A stretch of DNA of 63,987 bases, counting the filler, from Pelomyxa schiedti (Eukaryota > Protista > Evosea): the NCBI GenBank assembly GCA_020536535.1. It is 12 parts of 12 records of this genome, joined end to end, with 100 filler letters (N's around TTAATTAATTAA, not from the genome) between each part and the next. Parts side by side here need not be neighbours in the genome. Positions count along the whole stretch, not along the records: positions 19,597 to 51,334 come from JAHLWZ010000996.1; 11 more parts are not named here. The stretch is one strand, 5' to 3'. The stretch's first letter is position 1. The number at the start of each line of letters is the position of its first letter. Shown here one piece after another: positions 35,330 to 48,386 of the stretch. The notes under the pieces were generated by a model that was not told the origin of the DNA, did not search any database, and worked only from the letters and a program-made list of their open reading frames with translations. Both the position numbers and the translations under genes were made by a program.

Positions 35330-38300
35330 TTATTCATTATTTGGTGCAGGGGGTGTTGTTCTCCTTGATTGAGAAGGGGATGGTGATGGTGTGGTTGTTG
35401 GTGATGAGGATGAGGATGTGCTAGTTGTGGTGGTTGTTGAGGTTGCAGTTGCAGTTTTTGTTGATTTTGGTGTTGCCCCAACAAGTATGCACACACAGGT
35501 TGTGTGGTCAAGTTTACCTGGGAACTTGGTGTAGTCTGAGGGCAACTTTTGCTTGGGGTTTGTTTCCATGAATTGCCTATTTGTTGGTTTGAGTTTTTTT
35601 TTTTGGATTTAGATAGAAAGAAACAAACCTGCTTGATTGTGTTGTTTGTACACAGTGCTCCAGGAGTGAGTTGACAATAGCCTCGGGGTTAGTACCATGT
35701 GTTTCAACTATACTCGCGATTTTGTTGCTCAGGTTCTTTATTCTGCGTTGAATGATTAGTTCCGGAATGATGGGATAACCCGGAAGTAGGAGGGTTACAT
35801 GAACTTCTGTGCTATGCCGAGGGTTTGTTCTGATTTTGTTTTAAATGCAGCTTCCCAGGCTGGGAACTCAGCCAGTGCCGGGTCTACATCCTTTGGTTTC
35901 ATACCAAGCAACGAGGCATCGAAGTTATCATGAACTCCATCGCTAAGAGAATGTGAGTGCTTCATTTTTGTGCGGAATGGGGGAGTGACCTCATCAGAAT
36001 TAGCAGGTCTCCTGTAAACACGTCGGCAGTTGTGATGCGGAAATTCCTCATGTCTGGTTTCAGGAATTCCCTGTACGGTCCCAATCGACCTCCTGGGTCA
36101 GTACTATCCAAGGTACAACGAGCAGTCCCACCAATGTCAATCAACATGCCTTCCCGTGAGCGCCAGCAGAATATCTTCCCATTTGTTAGGAGCGAATTGT
36201 AAAGATCCCTTTCAACCTTACAATCCCCAAGAGACATGTTGATAGAACACCACTGAGGTGCAGTAGGATTGCTTTCGCTAGCGGACTTCAGGTAGGGTAC
36301 TAGAATTCCACCCAGGAAGGTAGTTGTTCCAGCGGTTTCTCTGTGATGAGTGAGAAAGAATGTGGTGCTTTCCTCTCAAACCCTAGTTGCATTCCTTCGG
36401 ATATAGCGCGATTGCCGCAAATCAGCCCTCTAGCCATCATAAAGCCAGCCTCCCTCATGGTTTTCACGTAACTGAGCTAGAGGTTACTTTGCAAAAAAAA
36501 GAAAAAAGCAGTGAAGTTTTTGCCTGATTTCTTCAGAAACGACTTGAATGAATGTGTTTGTCACCTTTATGGCGGCGTCGCGGGGTGCAGGACCCCAATT
36601 ACCTTGAAGGGTCATTGTTAAATTTGCATTAGGGTAATGTGAAGCTCACAGCCATCAGCGACGCAATACGCTATTCTGTCATGAAAAGCAGCGATATGGT
36701 ATCGGTCACAGATTGGACTTCCCAACTAAGTTGTGGTAGTGTTCATTTGCCAAAATAAGGTGATAACTTACATGAACTTTGGTCTTGGAATCAATGGGAT
36801 ACGTTGTTATGCCCCTCCCAAAGACTCCATACATTGGTATGGACTTGCCAGCATCCGATTCGTCATCTGGCCCAGATACTGCCGCCATAATTTGTTGTGA
36901 ACCAAATTCCAACACTTTCTGGAGTTGAATTAAGTAAGGGAAACGGAGAGGGGAAAAAAAAACCCGTGGTAGAGTTTCCAGTTGTTCACACAGGGGATAC
37001 TTGAGAGAAGGATTCACAGATAAATTGATTCTAATTTTATTTAGATGCTTTAAGGGGTTGGAATGTTAACCTCAGTGTAAGAGTGCACGGGGCAGGAAGC
37101 TTTGTTTTGAGACTCTTCAAATGCACTACTCTGAGACCAGCTCTTATACAGTTGACTGGGAGAGTGTAGTATGCCAGTTGCCTCCCTCCCGTATCCATTA
37201 CACTTTATGGTTTGATGAGGGGAATTGAATGTAATGGAGCTTGTACCGTATAAACAACAGAGCATGAGGGCTTGCTGTGATATTGAATTCGAATGGGGCA
37301 CATTTGCCCATCCACTCAGGGTTGAAACCATTGGTATCTAAGAAGTATAAGATTAAATTATTAAGACATTCACGAGGGAATACGAATAGGCTTGGTTTTG
37401 TGACATGCATAATCCTCAGATTTTCCACAAACTTCAATTTGTACATATGGGTCCACAGTCCGTGTCTCGCTTTCCAATTTTGGGAGAACTCTAGCACTTA
37501 AGACCTAATCGTGGTCAACATTGTTACCACCAAATGGCAAATACCTGTATACTTAATTTGTTAACCATGTTGATTTGTTCAGGTGTATATGTTACACAGT
37601 CCTCAAAAGAAACTGGGTCAGCAGTCATAAACCACTGTTTTCTCAGGTAGCAACATGACCCATTTTGCATAAATTTACCTTAGCGAGTTCAGTATTAAAG
37701 CAAGGCCTTATCCCGTACCTTCTACAAGAGGAGCAGAAATTTCGTCATCTGGATCAATGGATATTATTTGAACACCTGCAGCCCAAGGGGAAGTTGGGTC
37801 AAATCCATGTGTTTTCTTCGTTGCATGGACTTGTGTCATAAACTTCCTAGAGTGCCTGTTTTTGTCAAGGTGTTCACTTAGGGGCGGAATTAAAGTTATG
37901 TTCTTAAAGGATACTCGACAAATTTTTCAGGATCATATTTGGTAAAGTCTTTTTCGGAGAGGCATAATATATCCCAAGGCCTAGCATCATCTGCAGAATG
38001 GATTATTACAGGAAACTTGCCAGAATTGGGTTTCTACCCAGATCTAAAGGGAAACTCTCAGATGTAAAGGCGTGGAAAAAGAAATGCTTCCCCAACGCGT
38101 CACCGACTTCATAAGATTTCCCCTACAAGAATAAGCGGCATGAAGTGAGAAGCTTAGTGAGGTACCATTAGTAACACTTTCCCTCGCAGTGAAGCTGGGG
38201 ATGGCAAGAACTTCAAATCGGGCTTACTGGTACAAAGAGGCTTGGCAATAATGCCCTCGAGAATAGAGGAAATCGCTTGACTAAGTATTGCCTTGGCAAT

Positions 38301-40274
38301 ACTTAGGCCAAGTGGAAAAGAACGGGCATTTACACACTTGTGAAGCCGGAGAGCAGTGTACGTGAAGGTGCAGTATTAGAGGAAACCTTCAAAATGTTTG
38401 TACAGTAAGAATAAGAAAATTGTATTACGCGTTAATTGTGAATGCATATTCCTTCACAAGTTTCAGGAGTTCCTTAAACTCATCTTCTTTGCTTTCATAG
38501 CAAGAAACTGTAGGCAATGTTATTCCAAGAGATCAGCTTGTGTTCCAGTTATACCTTCGAGATATCTTCCTGATCCCCTTTTTAGAAACCGGAATGTTTC
38601 TTCAAGGGAAGTCAGAGGTCGGCAGCCACGTATGTAGTAAAATGTTAAGGGAGCTGTCATATCCTAGAATTTCATTACGTAAGTGGGAAAAAAGGAACCC
38701 TACTTGGTGAATGGAGCCCATATCCGGATGAAACATTGAGTTGTGCTTGGACAACAAATAACCTTCAAATTCGTGCAAGAATAGTTCTGTTGGTACTATT
38801 CTAGAACCGGTGTCAGCTTGATTATCTCCAAATCTCCTCACAATTGCGGTGGCATCTTCCTGGGTGAACTCTGTTTCCTGTATTCATTTTTTAAATATTG
38901 GATGAAATCCTGCGAATTGAACGGAGTCTCACCTGTTGGCTTTCTTTGTGGAAAGAAACCAGGTCTGAGATAGTGAGTGTATTGCCTGCTGTAGAGGAAT
39001 ATTGTCGAAAAACTTCAGCAATTTCTCTTCTGCGCAGTAAGGCATATACGAGAACCCGGAAATTTCCGAAGTTAAGGAAACCCGGTTTATCAACTGCAAG
39101 TTCCTTAGTTTGTGGTCAAGACTAACCAGTCAAAGAAAAACAAAAAAAACCTCAAACCGAGATTTCAAACTTGATCGTGATGGCTTGAAGTTCCTGACCA
39201 TGTGTAAGGCTCAAGAAAGGAGATAAATGCACGTACAGCTTCTGTAGCAACTGAGTTGTTTGCTCGAAGTTTATCCAAGTCAAATTTTCACTTCTCCAGG
39301 CACTGTCTACAAAGCGCACCATTGGTGTTGCTCCTGACTCGACAAGGTGTTCAAGTGCTGTAACCCACTTGACTCTTTTTTCTTTACTGTCTGCTACCAA
39401 GTCGAATTGAATACTGTATCAAGAGTCAGTAGAGGTAAGTGTTTATGACTGAAGTGAATACTTCTTTGAAATGATACTAAAACTACAATCAAGCTTCTCT
39501 TGAAGGCGGCATTTCGCGAAAGACGAATTGAACTGGCCTTGCAGAAGTTCGAGAATGTGGTCCAACAGAACGAGTTTAGGATCTAAATCCACTAAGCATT
39601 GTGGTTACAGAAATCTGGAAACGTACAGCCTGGAACTACTGTAAAGCGCAAGCGGTCTCTTTCTAGAACTACAGGAGAAATTAAGAGGTAATGCTTGTCG
39701 TGGCTGAGTTTGACATTGACCCTCAAAGGGCCTTTATTTTTGCACAGAGTGAAAATATCTCCAGAAGTCTGGCCACTTAATTAATAGGACCCCCACAACA
39801 GCAAAGATACCTGCATATCCGATATCGTGTGTTTTACATTGGCATCCGCTGGGCAATATCTATTGCTATTACGCATTAGCTGCCTCATGGACACCGCACT
39901 GGACTTTGAAGTGTTAGAGAAAGAATAGATGAGAAGTGACGTTCTAATACCAAATCGAGCGTTTCATCCCCCCCATCATCTCCCGTAACAGTAGCACCGA
40001 GAATGACATTTCCAGTGGTTGAAGTGGAGGCAGCAGAATCAGTAAATGAACACGAGGCAGTGAGCCCACCGCTCCGCAAAGGAGACAAGGGGCGAGTCTC
40101 CCTCGTAGGAGGGGGTGCTACATGGCCTGCTGTTGGCATAGGTCCTGCCGGCTGAGCACGTGGTACCTCTGTTCGTATTGGTGACGACGAAGCCAAAGAA
40201 GAACTACAGGAGAATTAGATGATGGCATCAAGATATATCCAGATACATATATTTAAATTGTACAAAACGGAAAT

Positions 40275-40305
<31 letters not shown>

Positions 40306-40790
40306 AAAGAAAAAACCCATTATAGTTAGTTGTATTGAATCAAATCACCTTCTCCTGTGAGAATGGCCACCGTGGTGATGGTGATGACGGCGGCTGCTGT
40401 TTTCCTCAGTCAAGTCAGCATTGTCCAGTTCGGCCAACTTGGTGCCCAGGTCACTCCCCGAAGTGGACATGCCTGTAGGGGCACCGGACCCACAATCGGG
40501 ATTCGCTGCGGCGCCGGTTCCAGGGGTGCCCCCGCGGTTTGAGGGGGACCCCGGCGACGGCGAGGTGGACGAAGATGACGATGGCTCCTCGTCCTTGTTG
40601 CTTGTTGCTGTGTATGAGGGTGAGTGGTGCTTGCTACTGCTTGTTGCTGTTGTGGATGTGGCTGCGGATGATGTTGATGTGTGGGCGTGGGACTTGGAGC
40701 GGCTCAACCTGCCTCCCTGCGAAGACGTACAACACACAATTAGAGGGAACGACTACACGGGTGCATGGGTTGATTTACCTCGGACGACAT
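35330..40790 (-). CDS. PH-EF-PLC X/Y (degenerate)-C2 module fused to a PP2C-like phosphatase domain
   Basis: PH: FDLVADSKEKRVKWVTALEHL. X box: HQDMTAPLTFYYI..KEYAFTINAFPLILHLHVHCS. Y box: FDPTSPWAAGVQIISID and MQNGSCCYLRK. C2: TNGFNPEW..YTLPVNCIRAGLRVVHL. PP2C-like: GRGITTYP, CVADGC(G)NWG, TAGTTT, SLGDCK, GDLLILMSDGVHDNFD, PGKLDHTTCV. Confidence 0.8.
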
Positions 40791-41050
40791 GATATGCCTG
40801 GTGTGTACAAAAAACTACTTGGTCCGCTGGAGCAGTGTTGCTGAGCACCACGAAAAGTTATCTACTAACAAACTGAAAAAAACCGGAAATCCAGGAATGC
40901 GGGTGACGAAACGTACTTTCACGGCTTGGCGAATCTGGGGCAGACCCGGTCGCTCATCCTCAGACCGCGAACTTGTACTGGAAATTGTAGTTTCACTTGG
41001 ATAGGATGCCTTCCACAAAGTTTTGGTGCTTCCTTGGGGAGGAAAAAGAG

Positions 41051-41140
41051 TGCTCCGGGTGGGGATCGAACCCACGACCTCAGCATGACTCAATACTGTT
41101 CTTATAAGTACCGCGCTCTAACCAACTGAGCTACCAGAGC
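41051..41140 (-). tRNA. tRNA-Ile(TAT) with an intron
   Basis: Reverse complement GCTCTGGTAGCTCAGTTGGTTAGAGCGCGGTACTTATA-[~16-nt intron]-ATGCTGAGGTCGTGGGTTCGATCCCCACCCGGAGCA. Canonical A and B boxes; intron after the anticodon. Confidence 0.92.
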
Positions 41141-41241
41141 TTCATTTGCTTCATCTTCAAATTATTTCTGAATATTTTGCTCACTTGGAATTCTTGAGAA
41201 TAATGATTCTTTCTCTCCCTCTCGGGTGTTACGTTCTGTGT

Positions 41242-41314
41242 GGCTTCATGGCTTAGTTGGCAAAGCGTCGCTCTCGTAAAGCGAAGATCGCGGGTTCGAT
41301 TCCCACTGGAGCCT
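41242..41314 (+). tRNA. tRNA-Thr(CGT)
   Basis: Cloverleaf with anticodon arm TCGCT-CTCGTAA-AGCGA and T-loop GGTTCGATTCC, followed by an oligo-T Pol III terminator. Confidence 0.95.
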
Positions 41315-41332
41315 AATTTTTTTAAAAGTTGT

Positions 41333-42330
41333 CTAGATAATGGATTTGACAAGTCTTGCAGCGGAACTGGCGTCGGGAGCGTAGCCATCAGCTCCAATTT
41401 GCTGTTATTTTTGTGGTTAGTTAGACAGTTGTTGAGAAAGTACAACAACACATTCACATAAATGATGGGCAACAAACACAGCAACAGGGTTTTTACCTTT
41501 GCGAACTGGTCTGTAACCGGAGCGCCTCCCACAATGACCTTGACTTTGCCTCGAACACCGGCACCCACTAGGGCGTCTATAACGTCCTTCATGCGGGGCA
41601 TTGTGGTTGTCAGTAGCGCACTTAGTCCAATGATTGTAGCTCCCCGGTCCCTCACAGCTTCCACGAATTTCTCAACTGGAACGTCGGCCCCAAGGTCAAT
41701 AACATCAAATCCGTAGCCCTCAAGCATTGCCCCAACAAGGCTCTTCGTGAATGAACATTGAGTGAGTGATATATTTGGGAGAAAAGGCTTGTGCTCGTTT
41801 AGTGATACCTTTCCAATGTCGTGTATATCTCCCTTTACTGTGCCCACGGCGACTTTCACAGGCGCATTTGCCGTGGATCCCTCTGTCGACACCTCAGATA
41901 CAATGAGTGGCTTCAAAATGGCCATAGCAGACTTCATTGCTCTCGCAGAAATTAGCAACTGCAACAACGAACCCACATCAATCAAAAGTAGAAGACTGAC
42001 GAGTTGAAGTGAAGTGCATTGAAGTGAATTGCGTTGAATTGAATTGGATCGTACGATCGGGCACTGGATATATATATCGAGTAGTAGTAGTAGTAGTAAG
42101 GAGGCACAGTACAGTACCTCAGGCACGAAGTACTCGCAGATCTCGAACAGCCTGCCAGCCTCGACCATCGCGGGGATCAGGCACCCCGACACCACGTCCG
42201 CGGGGCGTGCCCCCGCCCCCAGCGCCGCCCGCGTCGCTGCCTCCGTCACCCCCGGCGCCTCCCCGTTCAGCACCGCCTCGTACAGCCGCCGTGTTGCCCC
42301 TTCCTTGTCTGCCGTCGTAGTCGCTGCCAT
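41333..42330 (-). CDS. Stand-alone cobalamin-binding corrinoid protein (MtbC/MttC or MetH cap plus B12-binding type), 3 introns
   Basis: Cap domain: LIPAMVEAGRLFEICEYFVPELLISARAM. B12 motif: GTVKGDIHDIGK (DxHxxG), then GFDVIDLG, GLSALLTTTM, VIVGGAPV, IGADGYAPDA. Confidence 0.93.
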
Positions 42331-42491
42331 CCGATCGTATTGGTTTTCCCCCTGTTTGATTCGGATCTACTGGAGAGCACTTCCTGTGAGCCTGAGATTA
42401 CTTGCGCTTGTGGCCTTTCCCACGCGTGGTGTTGGTCACGTGAATCCTAGAAAGTGGAACTCATCAATCATTCGGTTTACAGCGCCATCCA

Positions 42492-43702
42492 ATGCAGGTA
42501 CCACCGCCACCAGGTGAGGGTGCCGTGTCGCCCACGAGGAACAGCACCCCAACCACGACGCGATCCATCGACGACGGGTACGGGGACGGCGACAGGGGCG
42601 GCCACAGCAGCGGGGACACTGCCTCGAGGGCGACGACAAGCCGCGCGGCGGGGGCGGGGACAGAGCCGGGGACGGGGACAGGGACAGGGGCAGCAGCAGG
42701 AGGGGGGGTCGAGGGGGGGGCGGGGGGGTTTGATTGTAGCATTTGCTTCGACGCGCCGACGGACCCGGTGGTGACACCATGCGGGCACTTGTTCTGTTGG
42801 CCATGCATCTACCAGGTTGGTTGGTTGGCTGGGCCCCCCCCGCCTTGTGTTGTGTTGTGTTGTGTTGTGTGTTGTGTTGTGTTGTGTTGTGTTGTGTTGT
42901 GTGTTGTGTGTTGTGTGTTGTGTGTTGTGTGTTGTGTGTTGTGTGTTGTGTGTTGTGTGTTGTGTGTTGTGTGTTGTGTGTTGTGTTGTGTGTGTCTCGA
43001 TGGCACTTTCGTGGTGTCACAATACTTTGTATTATATATATTGCTTCTGTGTTCCTGTGCTATTTTGTTATTTGGTTGTGTTTGTGTGCTGGTTTGACTG
43101 AAAGGGCAGTGGATGGACAGGTCAACGCAGGAGGGCAGGGCTGCTGTATGCCCTGTGTGCAAGTCGGCTGTCACTACTGATTCACTGGTTCCTCTGTACG
43201 GAAGGGGCAGAGCAACCTCATCCGATCCCAGGTTGAAAGACAATCTCGTATCAATTTTTTGATTCACTTATGCCTCATTGTATCACGTTGTAGAACACGA
43301 TCAGTGCCCGAGAGACCACAAGGAACTCGAACTGAGCCGGATCCGCAGCCAGCACCTGACTGGAACCCGGTATTTTTTTGGTCTTCCTCGTTTTGTGCTT
43401 TGGAACTTACTCTGTTACAGTTTGGATTCTTTGCACCGTTACAATTCGGATTTGGATTTGGGGGTCCTTTTTTTGGCTTCACGATGGTTTGTGAATCCCG
43501 AATTGTGGCTTCTTGCACTTATTAAAAAATCAGGCATACCCCGGACCAAGAGCACCAGGTTTTAAATGATTTATTGTTTGCTTACCTCATTCATTCCAAA
43601 GGGAACCCTAATCAAGAACGGGAAGCTCAATTGTCACGCGTTTTTTTCATGCTGGCAGTCACCTTCTTATTTTGTATTATATTTTCTTCCATGGGTTACT
43701 AA
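42492..43702 (+). CDS. RNF5/RNF185/RMA1-like C3HC4 RING E3 ligase with a C-terminal membrane anchor
   Basis: [30 protein letters not shown]...[13 protein letters not shown], an FG-rich stretch, then [18 protein letters not shown]. Confidence 0.9.
42846..42995. repeat. (GTGTT/GTGTGTT)n microsatellite inside an intron of the RING gene
   Basis: Direct reading. It lies between the GT donor after CIYQ and the AG before WMDR. Confidence 0.95.
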
Positions 43703-43826
43703 TTTTTGTGTCACAACCTGCACAAAACCTGAATTCAAACCCAAAAAAACCATTGTTTTTGGAGACACAAAAGACTTTATTTACAACATGTGGATAAATT
43801 TTCATACATTTCATGGTGAAGTACCA

Positions 43827-44972
43827 TCAAGGAGTGGAGGACGACGAGGTGGAATTGCCATCACTGCCAAAAATATCAGGAATGAAGTTGGTCCAGTCAA
43901 TGTCATCCAGCTTGGGCTTGGCAATGGCATAAGCAACTGCAACCACAATTCCACAAAATATCTGTTGGAGAGAGGTTGGGGGTGAAACGAACAACAAAAG
44001 TGCCGGAGAAGAGAGAGCAAGAAGACACACAAGACCAATAAAAACGAGGATGAGTTTGTCTGTCATCATCCTGCGAGTGAACTGACGCAGTTGGGCTCTG
44101 GCCAGCTTCATCTGGTCTTGCATCTTTTCACGATGTTAGTGCTGTGTTTTGGTCAACAATAAGTCACCTCGTCAGTCAGCTCTTGTATGTGTTCCAGTTG
44201 CTCAGACTGAGTGTGCATCTTTGCAAGTGTGTTGACAGCAGTCTGGAAGCAAATTAGGACACCCAAAAGAGGAAATGAGAACACCGTACATCGGTTGTGA
44301 TGTTGAGCTTGGCATCCAAGTCGTTGACAATTCCCAAGTCCTCTTTCTGAATCGCCTCCGCTTTGCTAAGAACAGCCGTTGTGGTCACAGGAGCCGACGC
44401 AGCTATTTAGGGTGTAAACAAAAAAAAAAAAATAACAGTTGACAGGGGAAGGTGTTGTACCGCCATCAGTCAGGTCATCTTTCTCCAGGAACTGAAGTTC
44501 GGCAGTGTACCTGTTGAGCTCTGCTTCAAGGTCAGTGACTTTCTATATGCCACATGATGAGAACTCCCGCAAAATTACATGGAAAAGTACACTTTCCACA
44601 AACCTTCTTGTACTCGCTCTGCGACTGCGCACCAATACATCGCAATTCAACCTTGAAATCGCGCACAACTGCATGCACGTGTGTTAGAACAACTTAACGT
44701 GAGCAATTCGTTTTTTGCTTTTGCATGTAAAAAGAAGAGAAAACGAGGCAAAGAAGAAAAGAAAAGAAAAAAAACCCAGGGGGGAGGGAGAGGAGGGTTC
44801 GTTGGGACGGACCTTCTTTTCCACGTTTGAGGCGTGACCTGATTTCATCCAACTTGTGTGCCTTCACCTTCGCGTTTTTGGCGTTCGCTTTTGTTTCCTC
44901 CACGAGTCGTGCCAATTCGGCCAACACTTCCTGCCCCTCACGGTCCTTCTCGTCCACTTCGTCAAAATTCAT
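43827..44972 (-). CDS. Qb-SNARE, NPSN/Vti1-like, copy B
   Basis: Near-identical to 20130-21269, including most introns, in the opposite orientation. Confidence 0.8.
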
Positions 44973-45240
44973 TGCCCCCTCTGTGTGGGTATCGGTACGG
45001 AAAGATCCAACAACGAAAAGAACAATAAAAACCCGAACATGGGCGATACCAACACGACGACAGATCTACGTTACGACGACGGTATTCGCTTCGCTGTTGC
45101 GTTGTCCGAGCGTTATTTTGTTTTTATGAGCTCTTTGATCTTCTCGTAATGCCTCTGATTTCCGAAATCTAGAGGGCCTCTTGGGCGAAGACTCACGCTC
45201 TCTGGGTCAGACACGTTCGACTGTTTGTGGGAGGTATCAT

Positions 45241-48200
45241 AATGAGTGGCGTCGTACGAAGGGAAGGAGGAGTGAGTGGGTTGCTGGCATCGATGCGTAC
45301 GACAGCCGAGCGACCCCCGTGCGTACTAGTCTAGTGTCCACTGTCACTGTCGATTCTAATTTCTTGTGTGGCGGCGGTTTTTTTTTTTTCTTCACAGGGA
45401 GTGCCTCATGAAGTTGTCGACCATGCTGGGGGAGGTAGGTCGCCTTTCACCTTTCAATTGTTGCAAGGAAAAAACACATAGACTAACGTAGGGATTTTTA
45501 TCAATGCGGTGCAGGTGGACGAGAACGTCGAGGGGACATGTTCGTTGGCGTGTGCTGTGAGTATGAGAATACACAAGCTCGATACCGTTAGAGTGTGCAA
45601 CCCCCTTTTTTTCTTTTTTTTTTTTCTTTTGGAACAAACCAATGTTTTCTAACGATACTCCAAGGAGCGACTATCTGCAACAACAAAAAAGATTGATGAT
45701 ATTATTAACTTGAAGGTTTGTCGTCTATTCTATACCCTCGGCCTCATGGAGCTTCCTTACCTTAAGAAATGCATTGAGGAATCTAGAAGTGCAATGGAAA
45801 CTGGTGATTTAATGTTCACTGCAAACACCCTCGTGCATTATTCTTCTATGCTTTCAGATGGTGTTTTAGATGATCACTCGATTTCAATGCTCAAGTATTT
45901 CGCAGCTGCACTCTGAGTAAAATTCACCTTTTCCAGAGATCTAGAGAAAGACTTTAAGAAACTCCTGGAAACTGAACTACTTGATGCTAAAAAGGAACAA
46001 AATGGCACCAAGATCAAATCGTAAGTACTACATACACATATGCTCTGCTCAATAGCCATAGAATCTGCAAGATTTATAGCACCCTTGGAATGTCAGATCA
46101 AGCCCTCACTGTTTATGCACAGCATCTCACAGCCAAGTGCTCATCCACTGCGGCAACTCTTCTCAAGAACATAAGTTTGAAAACAGCCTGTAATGTTCCT
46201 ACTTGGGTAACTCCTTGCTGTAGAAAAACGGGGTTCCAAAGAAGAGCAAATTTTGGTCTCGGAAGCAGTTACCGAATATTTAGAAGAAGTCGCAGCTGTG
46301 GCTGAAGATCAAATAAGTTCAGAAAGCATCTTGTTATCCTCTTAGCTTCATGACCAACAATCAGGTGGGGGAATCAACGAACCCCTGGGGTTTGGCAGTA
46401 TACTATACATTTTGAATGTTGTTCAACAGCAATCTGACACTAGTATCAGTCAATTTCTTGATTACTTCACATCTGAGAACTCTCTGCACAAGAAAGTAAG
46501 CAACATTACCCTGCAAGTAGTCTTTACCTTCTACCTAAGGTCAGCGATGCAAACACTTTCCTAAAAAGTGTAAATAGTCAGCAACAGCTTCAACAACTTT
46601 TACCAATTGAACCAGCATTGTTGGATGAAATCGCCATGATCATTCAAGGCATGGTCTTGTTTGACAATTTCCTACGTGCCAAAGAGAAGGTATTATGTCT
46701 CAGGGTAGTAGGTTGATTTATCAAATGAGAAGGCGGCATCGGACTTGATTCAAAGAGAACAATCTCGGGCCACTGCAACCAGCACCAGATGGGTTCCTCC
46801 ACCTAACTTTAAACTCAAGCAAGACAGCGATTTGAACAAACGAGCTCATGATTTGGTTTCAACATATCTCGTTCTGGAGGAAGTAAGCGGATAGTGATTT
46901 CTTTCCGTTATTCTCACCCCCCTTTTTCCCATTCAAGCTCTTCATGGTGCAAGGAACTTTACGAGTAAAATCCTTTATTTTTTTTTCTTATCTCAACAAA
47001 CCAAAGGTTTTCCACGACGATGTGAGCCTGGGGGATGCCTTGGATTCCATTTTTTTCCTGCTCCAACGTTCTGTAATGGTACCTCATTTGTTAGAAATAA
47101 GTTACTCAGCGTGGGTAGCGTTGTATGTTAACTTGCAGTGCCGACTGTGTTTGCGCCATCTCCAATCATTTGGTATCAATTCTAAACAGAGACGTCCTTC
47201 AAGTACCTTTCCCTTCTTTATGGTACATACCTTAATTGCACCCATTTCAAGTACCTTCTGCAATCCCAATCGGAAACAACGCAACGGTTTCTAAGTGCTT
47301 CTAAAGACCTAACAAAATTTTGCCAGGCTTACTCAGTAGTAAGGCCCATTAAGACAATCATCTTATACAATTCAGGTAACTGCGAATGGGATGGAGCAGT
47401 CTGTTGTCAACATTGGCAGGCTGCATTCTAATCTCACTTCCGAATGTCAAAAACTTTTCAAGAGCAATTCGGCATGGCCAAAAATACAAGTATGCCATAA
47501 CAGCTTTTCCTTATTATTGAATTGCCTATTTGCAGTTATGTCTGGAAGACATGCAAGCTACCACAAAAACCTTTTCCTCCAGACTGAGGGTTTGCCTTTC
47601 AATCTTTTTCCCTCTGTGTTCATTCACAAGAAGTAACTTCAGGAAAGCCTGCAGCAACTTTGCACAAGCCAGATTCTTCCGCGGGTGAGGCCTCTTCTTG
47701 ATTCCTTCCAAGGAGTTGTATATGAACTTGGAGAAGAGGACTACTCCAGAGCCTGCGACTCAAATGAAGCCTTTGTTATGCAGTTCTTTTCTTCCCTAGA
47801 CACATTGCTGAAAATATATTGTGTAAGTCCCTCCGGTTATTAACAAAACTGAATTCTAATTCGCAGGTCTCCATGAGTGAAGGCAATTACTCTACAATTA
47901 TAGAATTGGTAGCTTCGTATACATCCGACCGACTGGAGCAGATACTCCCATCAAAGAGATTCACACAAGTTTCACTTTCATTAATAACCATAACAACTTA
48001 ATAACAATGTACGCTCAGATTGGGGCCCTGTTATTTGATAAAGACGTCCGGCAGATAAATTCCACATTCAACAAGCTCTCAATAAGAGGAACCAGAGACA
48101 GATTCTCACGGCTGACACAAATTGCCATGCTACTAAACTTAGAAAAGGTTTCCTCCCCCCTCAATCCCTCGAAATATGCAGCCCCATCTGCAGCCACAAC

Positions 48201-48386
48201 CACCCATAATTTACCCACATGAATGAGCTAATGCTACAACAGGCGCAAGACGTGATGGACTACTGGGGCCCTCGTGCCTCGGCCACATCTGGTGTGTCAT
48301 GTACACTCACTTCGCGGGAGGTGAAACGCGTCCTAGCACTTCGCATTGACTTTTCGCCCTCCTCTGTTGATTCCCTGTCATTATGA
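45241..48386 (+). CDS. COG4: Conserved oligomeric Golgi complex subunit 4
   Basis: C-terminus RFTQIGALLFDKDVRQI..RDRFSRLTQIAMLLNLE..DYWG..LTSREVKRVLALRIDF. N-terminal AVSMRIHKLDTVR. The start is approximate. Confidence 0.88.

Noticed and set aside
41131-42330. 399-aa uninterrupted ORF listed in the ORF track
   Set aside because: It reads through introns and across tRNA-Thr. The spliced corrinoid protein is ~220 aa and ends at 41333.
42436-43180. ORFs with (CCVL)n or (HTTHNTQ)n peptide repeats
   Set aside because: They are translations of an intronic microsatellite.
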